64,000 nucleotides of DNA from Squalus acanthias. Its lineage: Eukaryota. The DNA is taken from positions 154,940,001 to 155,004,000 of the forward strand of contig CM059431.1 of the NCBI GenBank assembly GCA_030390025.1, given 5' to 3'. Positions 13,376 to 25,349 of the stretch are shown piece after piece. The translations under genes were made by a program, and so were the position numbers. Below the pieces are notes generated by a model. That model saw only the letters and a list, made by a program, of their open reading frames with translations, searched no databases and was not told the origin of the DNA. Numbering within the stretch: position 1 is the stretch's first letter; each line of letters starts with the position of its first letter.

Positions 13376-14438
13376 CTACCTCGTGAAGGTGTTGGCTACC
13401 AGCTGCTCCCGAGCAGCCTTACTTTGAGCAGCAGTTGGCTCTTCCCCATCATGCCTTCCCACAGGCACATTGGCATTGTCCACGTCCTCCATTTCTGCAG
13501 GTAGTTTATCTGCAGCGTTAAGGGTCAGTCCTTCCTGCAGGGCAAAGTTATGCAAAGCACAACAGGCCACCACAATCTTTGCCACTTTCTGAGGAGAATA
13601 CTGCAAGGTCCCCCCTGACCTGTCCAGGCACCGGAAGCGTGATTTCAGAACTCCAATTGTCCTCTCCACCACTTGCCGTGTGGACACGTGTGCCTGGTTG
13701 TATCTCTCCTGAGCCTCATTATTGGTCTTGCGGTAGGGAGTCATCAGCCATGGTCTTAGCGGGTAGCCCTTGTCGCCCAATATCCATGCGGATCCTGCAG
13801 GCAATGCGTTGAGGACGCCATATAAGTCAGAGTTACGGAGGACGATTGCAAAAGGGCATCTTTCTCTCACACAGGCTTCCTCCTCAAACTGAAAGTTGTA
13901 ATGAAAAAATGGAAATAGTTGTTAAAGTAACTTTAGTTAAGTGAGTGGCTATAAAATCAGGTCAGGCTATGGTGGGACACGTGCGCTATCAGCTTGGGAA
14001 CACATCTACCCGCCACACGGCCCTAGCTGATTTTCCAAAACTGTAACATTTTCATAAATTCATACATACATACATACATACTTACTTACTTACTCATTTT
14101 CATCTTTAAAACTTTTTGAAACGTAAACAGTTCATTTTTAAGCTTTCATTTTCACAGATAGATACCTAAATATGCCTTGTACACACCCACAGTTGCTATA
14201 CTACTCCAAATGGTCAAAACCCGTTTTTAATTTTTTTTTTTTAAACTCTTAACTTATATAAGAATTCATTTAAAACTTTTGTGTCTTTCAGATTTAAAAA
14301 ACTCACCTCAGTAGCCACACTCCAAAAGGATTTCTTCCTCCTACTATCTCGGTAAATGTATAAATGGCTGCTGCTCCTGGTTTTAAAATGTGTAACTGCT
14401 AGGAGCTTACACACACTCCTCTCATTCACAAAATACAT
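13376..14438 (-). pseudogene. HARBI1-like DDE transposase (DDE_Tnp_4 type), internally deleted; putative exons 14438-14307 and 13888-13376
   Basis: WILGDKGYPLRPWLMTPY..QERYNQAHVSTRQVVERTIGVLKSRFRCL..IVVACCALHNF is the Harbinger transposase C-terminal half. Minus-strand donor GAG|GTGAGT and acceptor TTTCAG| join in frame, but the first catalytic Asp motif (IDG/CTH) region is absent. Confidence 0.88.
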
Positions 14439-15610
14439 GAATTTTCCGACGCACGCGCAGAATCACCAGCCCACGCGATTACTCGCATATCCATGAAACT
14501 GACCAGACATGAAGTGCCGGTTTTCAGCGCATGCGCAGTGCATGCAGAAAACCGGCAATTGCAGAGGGAATACGCGAGTGTACGCAGTGCGTACTCTCGC
14601 GCACCAGGATGAATTTTTGGGCCTATATATTAATGATTTGGACGAAGGGATTAAATGTAATATCTCCAAATTTGCGGATGACACTAAATTGGGAGGCAGT
14701 GTGAACAATGAGGAGGATGCTAGGAGGCTACAGAGTGACTTGGACAGGTTGGGTGAATGGGCAAATGTATGGCAGATGAAGTACAATGTGGATAAATGTG
14801 AGGTTATCCACTTTGGTGGTAAAAATAGAGAGGCGGACTATTACCTGAATGGTGGCAGATTGGGGAAAGGGGACGTGCAACGAGACCTGGGCGTCATGGT
14901 ACATCAGTCACTGAAGGTGGGAATGCAAGTGCAGCAGGCAGTCAAGAAAGCAAACGGAATGATGGCCTTCATAGCAAGGGGATTTGAGTACAGGAGTAGG
15001 GAGGTGATGCTACAGTTGTACAGGGCCTTGGTGAGGCCACACCTGGAGTATTGTGCGCAGTTTTGGTCTCCTAACTTAAGGAAGGACATTCTTGCTATTG
15101 AGGGAGTGCAGCGAAGGTTCACTAGATTGATTCCTGGGATGGCCGGACTGACATATCGAGAAAGATTGGGTCAACTGAACTTGTATCCTCTGGAGTTCAG
15201 AAGAATGAGGGGGGATCTTATAGAGACATTTAAAATCCTGACTGGTTTAGACAAATTAGATGCGGGCAGAATGTTCCCAATGGTAGGGAAAACTAGAACC
15301 AGGGGTCACAGTCTAAGGATTAAGGGGAAGCCATTTAGGACTGAGCTGAGGAGGAACTTCTTCACCCAGAGAGTGGTGAATCTATGGAATTCTCTTCCAC
15401 AGAAGGTTGTTGAGGCCAGTTCGCTAAATATATTCAAAAGGGAGTTAGATATAACACTCACAACTAAGGGGATCAAGGGGTATGGCGAGAAAGCAGGAAT
15501 GGGGTACTGAGGTAGAATGTTCAGCCATGAACGCATTGAATGGCGGTGCAGGCTCGAAGGACCGAATGGTCTACTCCTGTACCTATTTTCTATGTTTCTA
15601 TGTTTCTATG

Positions 15611-15880
15611 TTTTGCTGAGCGCTAAACTGTTCCCAATCCACAGGCTTGCTACTTTTACTGGCAACTTTATAAGACTCCTCTTTGTATCTAATACTATCC
15701 TTAATTTATTTTGTTTGCCATGGTTGGGCCGCTTTTCCTTTTGTGTTTTTGCACCAGAAAGGAATGTATAACTGCTGCACTTCATGCAATCGTTCCTTAA
15801 TTGTCAGCCACTGCCTATCCACAGTCTTGCGTTTTAATGAAGCTCCCCAATATACCATAGCCAACTCATTCCTCAAAACA
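15611..15880 (-). mobile_element. Upstream continuation of the minus-strand CR1 at 7128-9029
   Basis: Peptide VQQLYIPFWCKNTKGKAAQPW. It is colinear across the 9030-15610 insertion (..GCTCAGCAAAA | GGACCAAGACATTG.. versus the young copy ACTCAGCAGAGGAGGACG). Confidence 0.85.
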
Positions 15881-17944
15881 TTGACTGGCTTTGATTTATC
15901 CATTGTGGTGGATAGGGAATCCGACATGCACAAGGATGGGGATGGTAGCTGCGAAGAAAATCAGACATTGGGCAGTTGGAAAGGAAAGGAGATGGAGATT
16001 CAATAATAGAGTAGGAAGTCGAACGTATGTGGAGAAGATCGGGAAAGGAGCAGCAAGAAAGGAAGGGTTAGTGTCAATTAGGGTGTCAGCAAATGGGGTA
16101 AGAAATAAAAGATTTTAGGTGAGAGTTAGGGTTGAAGGAACGTTGTAGAGCTGGAGACGTTTAAGATGTAATGGAAATTCAGGCAGGCATGGAGCAGGCG
16201 GAATGGAAAGTGCATATGGGGAAGATAGTTATGTTAGAATCAAACATAGAGCTGATGGAAATATTAATGTGGGAGAAACAGATATGGAACTGGTGGCGGA
16301 CGAAAGCAAAAATTAAAGGCCACGGACATAATCGGTGACGGAAGCAGCGATCTCCGTAACTTAGCAGAGGGCGCAGGACACAGAATGAAAGCTTCAGCAG
16401 AAAAAAGCAGGAAGTAGAATGAGACACACAGGAGACACAGAGGTAGCATTAACTTTAAATAATTATATTAATTACAAAAGTTAATTTGGAAATCAATTCA
16501 ATGTTCAAAGTTTCTCAGTCTGACAATAATTTGAAGGCATTGCCAAACTGTTAGAATTAAGATTACATGAAAATGTGAAATTTTCTCACAACCACAAAAG
16601 CTTAACAGGCCGATAAAGGAGAAATGTCACGTGTTTACCGCCCATATTTGCTGGTTAACTTCCAGGTACTGAAACCGGAGCCTGATACTGATGGGTGTGA
16701 ACATCCTGATGAAGACTGTACTCATTAACTGGAGACTATTTCCAGGATTTTATAACCATTGTCCTGTTGCTAATAGAAAAATAACTTCTGACGGCAATTG
16801 TACAAATTAGGGCAATACAGAATATCTTAACATTATAAAGGGCATCATACTGAGATTAATACATTTGGTATTGCGAATGTCGTTCATTTAATCAGAGTTT
16901 GAATTGGGACAAAGAAACAATTAATGATCGAAAGGGAAGATAATTCCAAACACAGCGTTTCAACTCAGAGAGTTCACTCTGTCCTTCCAACTGCTGTTTG
17001 ATGAAAGGAAAATAACAGCGATCTTTGTCCCTTGCTATCATTGCCCTTTTATAGTCCGATAATAATCAGTTTTATTGGTGAGCAATAAAATTCAGTTGAG
17101 GACACAAACTGACTCCCGCTGCAGAAACCGGTTTCTTTTCGGCATTTTCTGAACTGCAGAGGGAAGAGCTGTGGGACATGTAATCTTTGTTATCACACAC
17201 AGAATTAATGACTTTGGAAAACGATCAGTAATTCATCAGAACATTTCAATGCGAATGAGAACGTGTTTGATTCAGTTCGAACCCTGCACCAGAGAGCAGG
17301 GCGGGGAGGGACCCTACTGATCAGGCTGAAGGTCGGGTATATGACTGTGATGTGTAACTGATCTTTACCTAGGGTGTGTGCATTAACCTGCAGAACACAC
17401 AACGCTAACTTACCCAGACTCTCTGGAACCAGAATCAGGAGCCGCATGACAAGGTAAGCACTCAAAATGTACTGAGCACCATTATTGTGTCTTAATGTAC
17501 AGGCATGGGCCCATTGCCGTTGATTTGTGTAGTTGTTTGATGATATTAACAAGTTGTAGGAACCATATTGGATCAGGTAAGGAAGGATTTGCTTTTATTC
17601 AGAAATGAGCTTGCTGCAGTCAGCACATTATAGCAGAGTAAAACTTCCAAATGTAAACTCCAACGCTAAAGTTCCACGGTTGCCAATAGTATTTAAATGT
17701 ATTACTCGTTTGTTACACTGTTACGAATATAAAGTTCGAGGTCGAGACTTTTCAACATAAAACACCGCCACTAAACGTCACCGAAATCCGACATTTCCAA
17801 TCAAGGAAACTTCAGTAAGACACTTTGACTTGCATTGGCCTCATTATGCTAGGATTCCATTTTGCCAAACCGAGTAAAATATTGCCTTGTTGCCGAGGTG
17901 AGTTCCGGTTACCTCTTCTGTGGCACTAAACTCTTGCATCTGTA

Positions 17945-18740
17945 AAATAGTCTGGATCTGAGGATTTCAGGCACCACAGAAAACAGCGTCGGTGAGCAGC
18001 TTATTGATGAATGAGTGTTGCTTGATTAGTCCATCCATTACTTTGCTGATCATTGTGAGTTGGCTGATAGGGCGGGGATTGGCTGGACCCAGTTTGGTGT
18101 TGACTTTGTGTTTAGGACACAGCTCTATGGTCTTTACATATTGTCCATCAGATGTCAATATCAGAAGCACTGGAATAGCTTGCATCGGGGAAGGGGACAA
18201 CTATTTCTGAAGTTCAGCTCTTCTGCAGCTAATAGTGGGATATAGTTAAGACCAAAATCATTCAATGTGTTCTGTGCATTCAGCTGCTTGTTAATGTCAA
18301 GTGGGGTGAACTGAATTTACGAGACACTGATTCTATTAAGGTGGCAAACTCTCCATGATTCCGAATAGAATCATCAACTTGGCTCTTTCACCCGAAGACA
18401 CTTTCAGGCCCTTCGGTATTCTCTTTTGAAATCAGGTGATGATGTCCCACTTATTTGAGGATAGGAAGGTTCATGGAGTCCCGTTCATTTTGAGATTGTC
18501 CAGCACCATACTGGTATGTGCGCATGTGGTTACAAAAGTGAGCTCTGGTCCGTCAGTGTGGTAAAATGTCTCGCTCTGTCTACCGGATTCCGGTATTTTA
18601 TCTGTGGCTGCTGATGTCGCTCCTTGTATACTCCACTTTGAACCAGGGTTTGTTTATTGTCTTAGAAGTGACGGAGGGCTGAAGATATTCCGGATTGTAA
18701 TGTTATAATTCATCGAGGCGGGGGTGGTTGCGTGGTAAGC
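17945..18740 (-). mobile_element. Old, highly decayed copy of the LINE family at 1-1607
   Basis: Minus peptide PANPRPISQLTMISKVMDGLIKQHSFINKLLTDA resembles the GFIDSAIKRHLLTNNLLTDA region of the first copy. Confidence 0.65.
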
Positions 18741-18769
18741 TGCTAATCAGCAGAAGATCTTTTTATCCC

Positions 18770-20610
18770 TTCTTTGACCTGTGCGTACGTGGCAGAGTGC
18801 ATGCTTGAGGTACTCAATTAATAGAGTGCATCGGTCTACATCGGAGATAAAGATACTGCCAATGAAGCAGTAAAGGAGAAGATAGTGGCGATATTGGATA
18901 TGATTTTGGATAAAGAAGAAGTACTTAAAAGTTTGGCAGTATTCAACATCCAGAGGGCAATGAATCGCAGGTTGCTGAGGGAAGTAAGTGTGGAAATTGC
19001 GGAGGCCAATTTCCGCAACTTCCATTCCTCCGTAAATATGGGGGCGGTGCCAGGAGAATGGTTAATTGCAAATGTGACACCGCTGTTGAAAAGGGCAGAG
19101 GGTTAAACGCAGAAATTGCAGGCCAGTCAGCCTAAAGTCGGTGGTGTGGAAACTTTTCGAGACATTTGTCCTCGAAGGCCTTCTATTTCACAACTCCATA
19201 ATTATAATATAACTGAATAATAACGAATAATACAAGGTCAGTATTGATTATTTAGACTTTCATAAAATTTTATTTGCAACACAAAATTTACATACCACAT
19301 ATCAGGTAAATTGTCGGGACAATAATGCAGGACAAAATTAATTGGCATTTGGAAAACTATGGACTATAAATGAATGTTAAGATGGTTTGTTAAAGGAAAA
19401 TCGTGTTTGACTAACTGGATCGAGTTTTTGATGAAGTAACTGAGAGAGTTGCTCAGGATAGTGCAGTTAATGTAATGCATGCAGACTTTCGAAAGCCATT
19501 TGATAGATTACCATATAATAGACTTGTTAGAAAAAATAAATCTTATGGGATTAAAGGGTTACTGGCAGCATTGATGCAACATTTCCAAAGAACAGAAAGC
19601 AAAATACTTGTGTACCATTGTTTTTCAGACTGGAGGGACGTGTTGTTCCCCACGGATCGGTATTAGGTCCACTGCTCTTTTTGATATATAGTATTGACCT
19701 GGATTTGAGTATAAAGAGTACAATTTCATAGTTAACAGATAACATGACACTTGGAAATGTAGTTAACAATGATGAGGATAGTTAAATACTTCAGGACGAC
19801 ATAGACAATTTGGTGAATAGGAGATACGTGTTATTTTAAATTTAACACAGAGGAGAATGAAGTGAGATATATTGGTAGGATAAATGAGGAAAGACAATAT
19901 AAACTAAATGGTACTGTTTTAAAGGGCATGAAATAAGAGATATCATGGGGTTTGTATGTAAAAACATCTTTGAAGATGGCAGCTAAAAACCATATGGTAT
20001 CCTTGGCTTTACTAATATAGGCATAGAGTACAAAACCAAGGAAGTTATAATAAAACTTTATAAAACACTGTCCCTGCGGCAGCTGGAGTATTGCGTTCAA
20101 TTCCCGGCACCTCACTCTAGGAAGGAATTCAAGGCCTTTAATAGGTGCAGAAGAGATTTACTAGTATGGCACTAGAAATGAGGAACATCATTAACGTGGA
20201 GAGAATGGAGAAGCTGGTGTTGATCTGATTAGAGCAGCGAAGTTTGATAGGGGATTTGATAGAGGTGTTCAAAATGATAAACGTAGTTGATGGACTAAGT
20301 AAGGATAAATCGTTTCCAGTGGCTTGATGTTTTGTTACCAAAATACACAGATTTAATGTAACTAGCAAAAGAACCAGAGGCGACTTGAGGGAATATTTCT
20401 TTGTTAGCGAGTTTTCGTGTTCTGGAATGCACTGTCTGAAAGGCTGGCCGAAGCAAATAAAACAGTAACTTTCAAAAGGTAATTTGATACATACTTGAAG
20501 GAAATAATACAGGAAAGAGCAGGGGTGTGGGACTAATTGGAAAGCTCTACCTTCGAGCCGGCACAGGGATGATGGGTGGAATGGCCTCCTCTGTGCTGTA
20601 TCATAATATG
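18770..20610 (+). mobile_element. Old CR1 ORF2 3' half (RT to 3' UTR), decayed
   Basis: Peptides VPGEWLIANVTPLLK and DFRKPFDRLPYNRLV; CR1 3' UTR-like GATGGGTGGAATGGCCTCCTCTGTGCTG. Confidence 0.8.
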
Positions 20611-20814
20611 ACTTCATGGGTTTAAGTGTCAACATTACGATTTACCAGGTTTTCCAAATCCGACTAAATACCATTCTGTCCGAATTCATGTGGGACTGCC
20701 TTGCTGAATGGACCATACATACAAAAGCATGATTATAGTGGAGTCTGTGATATCTGTTAACATATATGACTCTGCTAATATGACTATCATGCAGGCTGAT
20801 CAAATGTACACCTT

Positions 20815-21385
20815 TCAAACAATTGCTTTAATTGATATGATATCTTTAATATAGCAAAATGTCCCAAAGCACATCACAAATTCATAATCAGAAAAAGTTG
20901 ACATTGCGCCAAAAAAGGAGCTATTAGGAGGGGTGGATGACAACAAGTTTATTGAAAAAGGTGGATTTCCAGAAGGAGGAGAAGGAGGTGACGGGTGTAA
21001 GGGAGGGAATTATGGAGCATGGGGCTGAGATGATTCAATAAACACCAGTCAATGGTAAGGCAAAAGTAGCTGAGAAGCTTTGAAAAGGAAACTAGACGAG
21101 TATATGTTAGAAAAGGTAATTGAATGTATGCTTAACGTTTGAGATTAGGTAGATAGAATGGTAGGAGGTTCATGTGGAATATAAACACCAGCACAGAGTG
21201 GTTATGCCAAATGGCCTTTTCTTGTGCGATATATTCTATGTAATTCTATGTAAAACACGAGAGGCCAGACTCAGGAAAACACTGAGTTACAGAGATTGGG
21301 AGGGGCTGGGGAATGACGGGATTTAAGCAGGGCCAAGATAAATTTGTGGATTTTGGGGAACGCGAGCCACTTTAGGTTACTGGAG
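20815..21385. mobile_element. Decayed L2 3' end (minus) interrupted by a CR1 3' fragment (plus, ~21065-21250)
   Basis: Similar to the L2 tail at 31645-31960 (AAAATGTCCCAAAGC..CAC); CR1 tail ATTCTATGTAATTCTATG. Confidence 0.55.
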
Positions 21386-21684
21386 TATTCACTGTCCAAT
21401 GTACCTTAAACTGACTTTACATTACATTTTTATACCATGGCACTATAAGTCTCCCCACATCTAATACTTGTTTTTCACATTAATTTAAAGCCAAAATTAA
21501 CATAACAACTGGACTTGTAATCAAAATCCCAACATGCAATTCCATGCGCTGAATTGGAATGATACCACTTGCCTTTTGTGATCGGTCGAGGCATTTTCAC
21601 CAGCAGCACAGACCACAACACCTAATTTTGCTACATTTCAACATTTTTAGTAGATACAATCAGGTCAATATTAGAGATCCGCAA

Positions 21685-22210
21685 GAGGCTCAGCTGGAGT
21701 ATTGTATACAATTCTGGGAAATTCACTTTTGGAAGGATGACAAGTCCCTGGAGAGGTTACAGATTGGGTTTATCAGGATGATACTAGGGATGAATGACTT
21801 CAGTTATGTGGAGATATTGGAGAAGCTGGGCTTTTCGCCTTGGAGCAGAGAAGGTTAAGGGAGTTCTAATCAAGGTAGTCAAAATTATGAGGGTTTGAAT
21901 GGAGGAAGTACGGAGAAAGGTTTTCTCTGGAAAATGGCTCGGTAACCAGATGTCATAGATTTAAACTAATTGCCAAAAGAACTTGAGGGAAAGTGAGCAG
22001 AATTAATTTCACACAGAGGGTTGTTATGAAAGCATTACCTGAAAGTCTAGTGGAATCAGATTCCATAGGAATTTTCAAAAGGCAATTTTCAGGGTTATGG
22101 GGAGAAACGCTGGGTTGTTGATTAAATTGGACAGCTCTTTCAATGAGCCGACACAGGCACAATGGGCTGAATGGCCTCCAAATGTGCTGTAAGATTATAT
22201 AATTCTATGG
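21685..22210 (+). mobile_element. Old CR1 3' fragment
   Basis: Peptide QLEYCIQFW...LERLQ...FSY.E.LEKLG; 3' UTR GAGCCGACACAGGCACAATGGGCTGAATGGCCTCC. Confidence 0.8.
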
Positions 22211-22290
22211 CCTTAACCTGGGGTCCTGCGATCTGCGATTTATCAAGAAGGGAACAGCTAAACATTCCATTGAAAACAAATATTAAAGAA

Positions 22291-22708
22291 AAACTTGCAT
22301 TTATATAGCCTTTCACGACCCCAGGGCGTTGCAAAGCGCTTTATAGCCAATGAAGTAATTTTGAAGTGTGGTCACTATTGTAATGTAGGAAACGCGGCAG
22401 CCGATTGCGCACAGCAAGCTCTCGCAAACAGCAATGTGATAATGACCAGATTATCTGTTTTATTTTGGGATAATCATTGAGGGATGAATATTGACCAGGA
22501 CACCGGGGATAACTCCCCTGCTCTTCATTGAAATAGTTCCATGGGGTCTTTTTCATCCGCACGAGAGAGCAAACGGGGCCTCCGGTTAAGATCTCATCCG
22601 ACCAACGGCACCTCTGGCAGTGCAGCACTGGAGTGTCAGCCTACATTTTTGTGCTTTCGAGCCTTCTGACTAAGACGAGAGCGCTACTAACTGAGTCACG
22701 GCTGACAC
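22291..22708 (-). mobile_element. tRNA-derived DeuSINE (SacSINE1-like)
   Basis: Minus strand starts GTCAGCCGTGACTCAGTTAGTAGCGCTCTCG (A-box-like head), has a Deu-like core (GAGCAGGGGAGTTATCCCCGGTGTCCTGG; GGCTGCCGCGTTTCCTACATTACAA) and an L2-like tail GCTATATAAATGCAAGTT. Family name assigned from memory. Confidence 0.8.
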
Positions 22709-23374
22709 ATGATTGTCATCTGCCAGAAGTAACAACAATATTCAACATTAGGAAGTCTCTGCAAATGAGCTTTAACTCAATGGGGCGATATCTAGGATTG
22801 TACGTGAGGGAGAGCGTGATTCTTTATGTTATTTTATGTGAATGTTATTGCGCGCTTGAATATTGTGCGTCAGTGGCACAGTTCCACCAACCCCTCCGTA
22901 CTTCAATGGCATCACATTATGACGAACTTCTACCCGCTGATGTTAGTCCTGCCGTTACTTTTGATATTGCTGTTTTAGTTCATAAACTTTAAATATGGTT
23001 CCTGATAAATATATAATTAGGATACAGACAATTTATTTCAAGGATTCCGACATTTGTTCAAATAGATTTACAAAAAACGGTCTAATTTATCAGACAACAA
23101 AGATTATAATGCAAAGGGGAAAATACTTCGCGGGGGATTTACAAATATATTTTGAACGGATTTCAGAGGTTTCAGTTCAGTATGAACTTGTCGGTTCCAG
23201 AACAGGTAGAGTTCATCTAATGTCATTTTGGAGCACGCTGTGCTTTATTCAGAATTTATTAACAAAACGAATAATAACAACAAAGGAATCTCCACGGCGA
23301 TGCAAACTAAAATTTTAAGACGAAATGATTATCCAGCACACGGTGTCAGTGGTGCAGTTGAACTAAATATTGGG

Positions 23375-23706
23375 AATACCAATATTTAAAAACAAATTCA
23401 AAGTTTTGAAGAAATATTATATGTTTTAACGGGGCTAACAATAAACTTACCTTATTGGACAATGTTTTTAATATATACATTAACTGTCAAAAGTATGAAG
23501 GGGGATTCCCTTGATTCATTGGTTAGCCTGGCTCGCGTGGCTCCAGGGGCACATGCGCCCCTGGGATACCTGGATCTCGACGCATTTCGAAGAGCAGAGG
23601 CCCCGGATCGAAAGCCTCGGGATTTCCGGAACCGGCAGGTCAGGTCGTAATTTTTTTCCAGTCACAGGTTCCGACCGCAGGAAGCCTCCGATCGAATATT
23701 CAGGGA
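23375..23706 (+). mobile_element. Partial MITE of the 3276-3985 / 24040-24789 group
   Basis: Shares CGCCCCTGGGATA..., GAGGCCC.GGAT and TTTTAACGGG.CTAA..AAACTTACCTT blocks with the other two copies. Confidence 0.55.
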
Positions 23707-24039
23707 CATTGTCTATGTACTTAGTGTTTAACTTTTTCTTTAGCTACAGTTTTATCCTTAACACCTTACTGATCAATTGTGCCTCATTATTCGCAAGCTC
23801 TTTTTTTACCGGTATATGTTCCTCCTGAACTCTATTGATCACATTTTTATATTTTTCCAAGGCTATGCTAACTCTTTGTTTGTCAAGACTTTTTTCCAGT
23901 TTAACTTCCCTAGTTAGCAATTTGATTATTGTTATTATTATTATTGTTTGCAGTAATACAAAATTATAGTTCTCTACGATTCAATGATTCTATGATATAT
24001 CTGCAAAAGTATCTTGGCGAATGTCGCTTCAGAGACAGT

Positions 24040-24789
24040 GACCCGTATTTTCCAATTGGAGGGTTCCTGCGTGCGGGGGACTCCGATCTGGAAAAATCTA
24101 CGAACTTAACTGAGGGCACCCGAGGCGCATATGCATCCGATCCTGGGCCTCTCCAAACTTGAAATGCGCAAGGCCCACGTATCCCAGAGGCGCATGCGGT
24201 TCGCAAGGGTCCCTGGGATCACGTGGGACAAGGGGTGTCATTAGGAGAAGGGAATCTTCAGATAGACAGATAGACATTGTCAAATATATGAATGGAAATC
24301 ACGCCAAAATCACAGTAAAAAGTTAAATATTTTTCTAAAAAGTCATCACATTTTTAAATTAAGTTGAAATTAAAATAAATTAAATATTTTAATTAAAAAT
24401 TTAATTTTTTGAAAAAAATAATTAAAGTTTTTTAACGGGCTAAAACAAACTTACCTTTTTTAAAAGTATTTTTAATTGATAAATGAGTGAAATTTCTTTT
24501 TACTTTTTTGCAACTCTTGTGCTGGTAAAAGCAGGCCTTATGCCTGCTTTCATCAAGCTTGAGAATTCTAAGGGTTTTCAGCGGGTGCAGATTCTCCAGA
24601 AACCGGAATTCTCCACCCGCAGAGGCCCTTCTACACGGCAGGCGTCCGATCTGCCAAGAGCATTCTTGACTGATCGGAAATGCCGGTTTTCAGCTCATCC
24701 GCTTGGCATGCCTGAAACCGCCATTTTTGATGACCCTACGGTGGTGTACTCCGCGCGTACAAACCCGTATGGCTCGGAATATACGGCCC
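24040..24789 (-). mobile_element. Non-autonomous Harbinger-type MITE
   Basis: Imperfect TIRs GACCCGTATTTTCC / GGAATATACGGCCC. The subterminal palindrome TGCCGGTTTTCAGC..CATGC..AAACCG.CA is shared with the Harbinger right end at ~14512-14560. Confidence 0.75.
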
Positions 24790-24814
24790 TGTGTCACGAG
24801 TGTTTCTCCAATAC

Positions 24815-25170
24815 AAATTAGAAAGGTTAAACGTAGAGACCATGTTTCCATTTGTGGCGAGGCCAAAACTCGGGCTCATAAATATAAGACGGTGAACAAT
24901 ATATCCAATAAGGAATTCAGGTGTAACTTACTTACCCTGAGGCTGGCTAGAATGTGGAATGGGCTACCACAAGGTGTAGTTCAGACCAATAGCATACATG
25001 CATTTCAGAGGAAGCTAGATAAACATATGTGGGAGAATGGAATAGAAGGATAGAACGTTATGCTGATTGGGTTAGATGAAGAGGGATGGAAGGACGCTCG
25101 TGTGGAACATAAATATTGGCATGGACCAGTTGGATCGAGTAGCCTGTTTCTGTGCAGTAACTTCTATGCA
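24815..25170 (+). mobile_element. Old CR1 3' fragment
   Basis: Peptide KTRAHKYK..RMWNGLPQGVV..FQRKLDKHM. Confidence 0.75.
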
Positions 25171-25349
25171 ATTCAAGGTACTCATTGCCATGCACCAGAA
25201 GTGACAACAATAGTTATCATTCTCAAATCTCCTCTAAACTCAGTGGGCCAAAAAATTTGATTGCGATTCAGAGTAAGTGTGATTATCTATGATTTATTTC
25301 TTTTTGTTTGCATGTGTTTATAAATTTAGCTATTTGTTGGGGTACTGTG

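Larger units (their letters stand above)
11264..14623. mobile_element. PIF/Harbinger DNA transposon (3360 bp), internally deleted, two convergent genes
   Basis: Imperfect TIRs GGGCCAGAAATTGATC / GATGAATTTTTGGGCC and a 3-bp TSD TAT (11261-11263, 14624-14626). Removing the element and one TAT restores the CR1 codons aca tta tat att aat gat (TLYIND). Contains Myb/SANT and DDE genes. Confidence 0.93.
9030..15610 (+). mobile_element. Young 5'-truncated CR1 LINE (end of ORF1, near-complete ORF2 with APE and RT, 3' UTR), split by a Harbinger transposon
   Basis: ORF1 esterase tail RHWNQFWGKWDLYKRDGLHL. ORF2 pieces 9212-9493, 9539-10027, 9925-11263 and 14624-15510 ([59 protein letters not shown]). 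Tail (TTTCTATG)3 at ~15587-15610. Confidence 0.95.

Noticed and set aside
12796..13504. Poly-PL, GR and GE ORFs
   Set aside because: Translations of the (GGGGGA)n tract.
15885..16450. Purine-rich segment possibly from a retroelement 5' region
   Set aside because: No recognisable motif, so it could not be assigned.
17205..17345. Plus-strand peptide WKTISNSSEHFNANENVFDSVRTLHQRAGRGG, faintly like an MHC class I alpha-1 end
   Set aside because: No conserved MHC residues, no convincing splice boundaries and no accompanying alpha-2/alpha-3 exons.
22995..23318. 107-aa ORF in AT-rich unique sequence
   Set aside because: No recognisable domain or splice signals.
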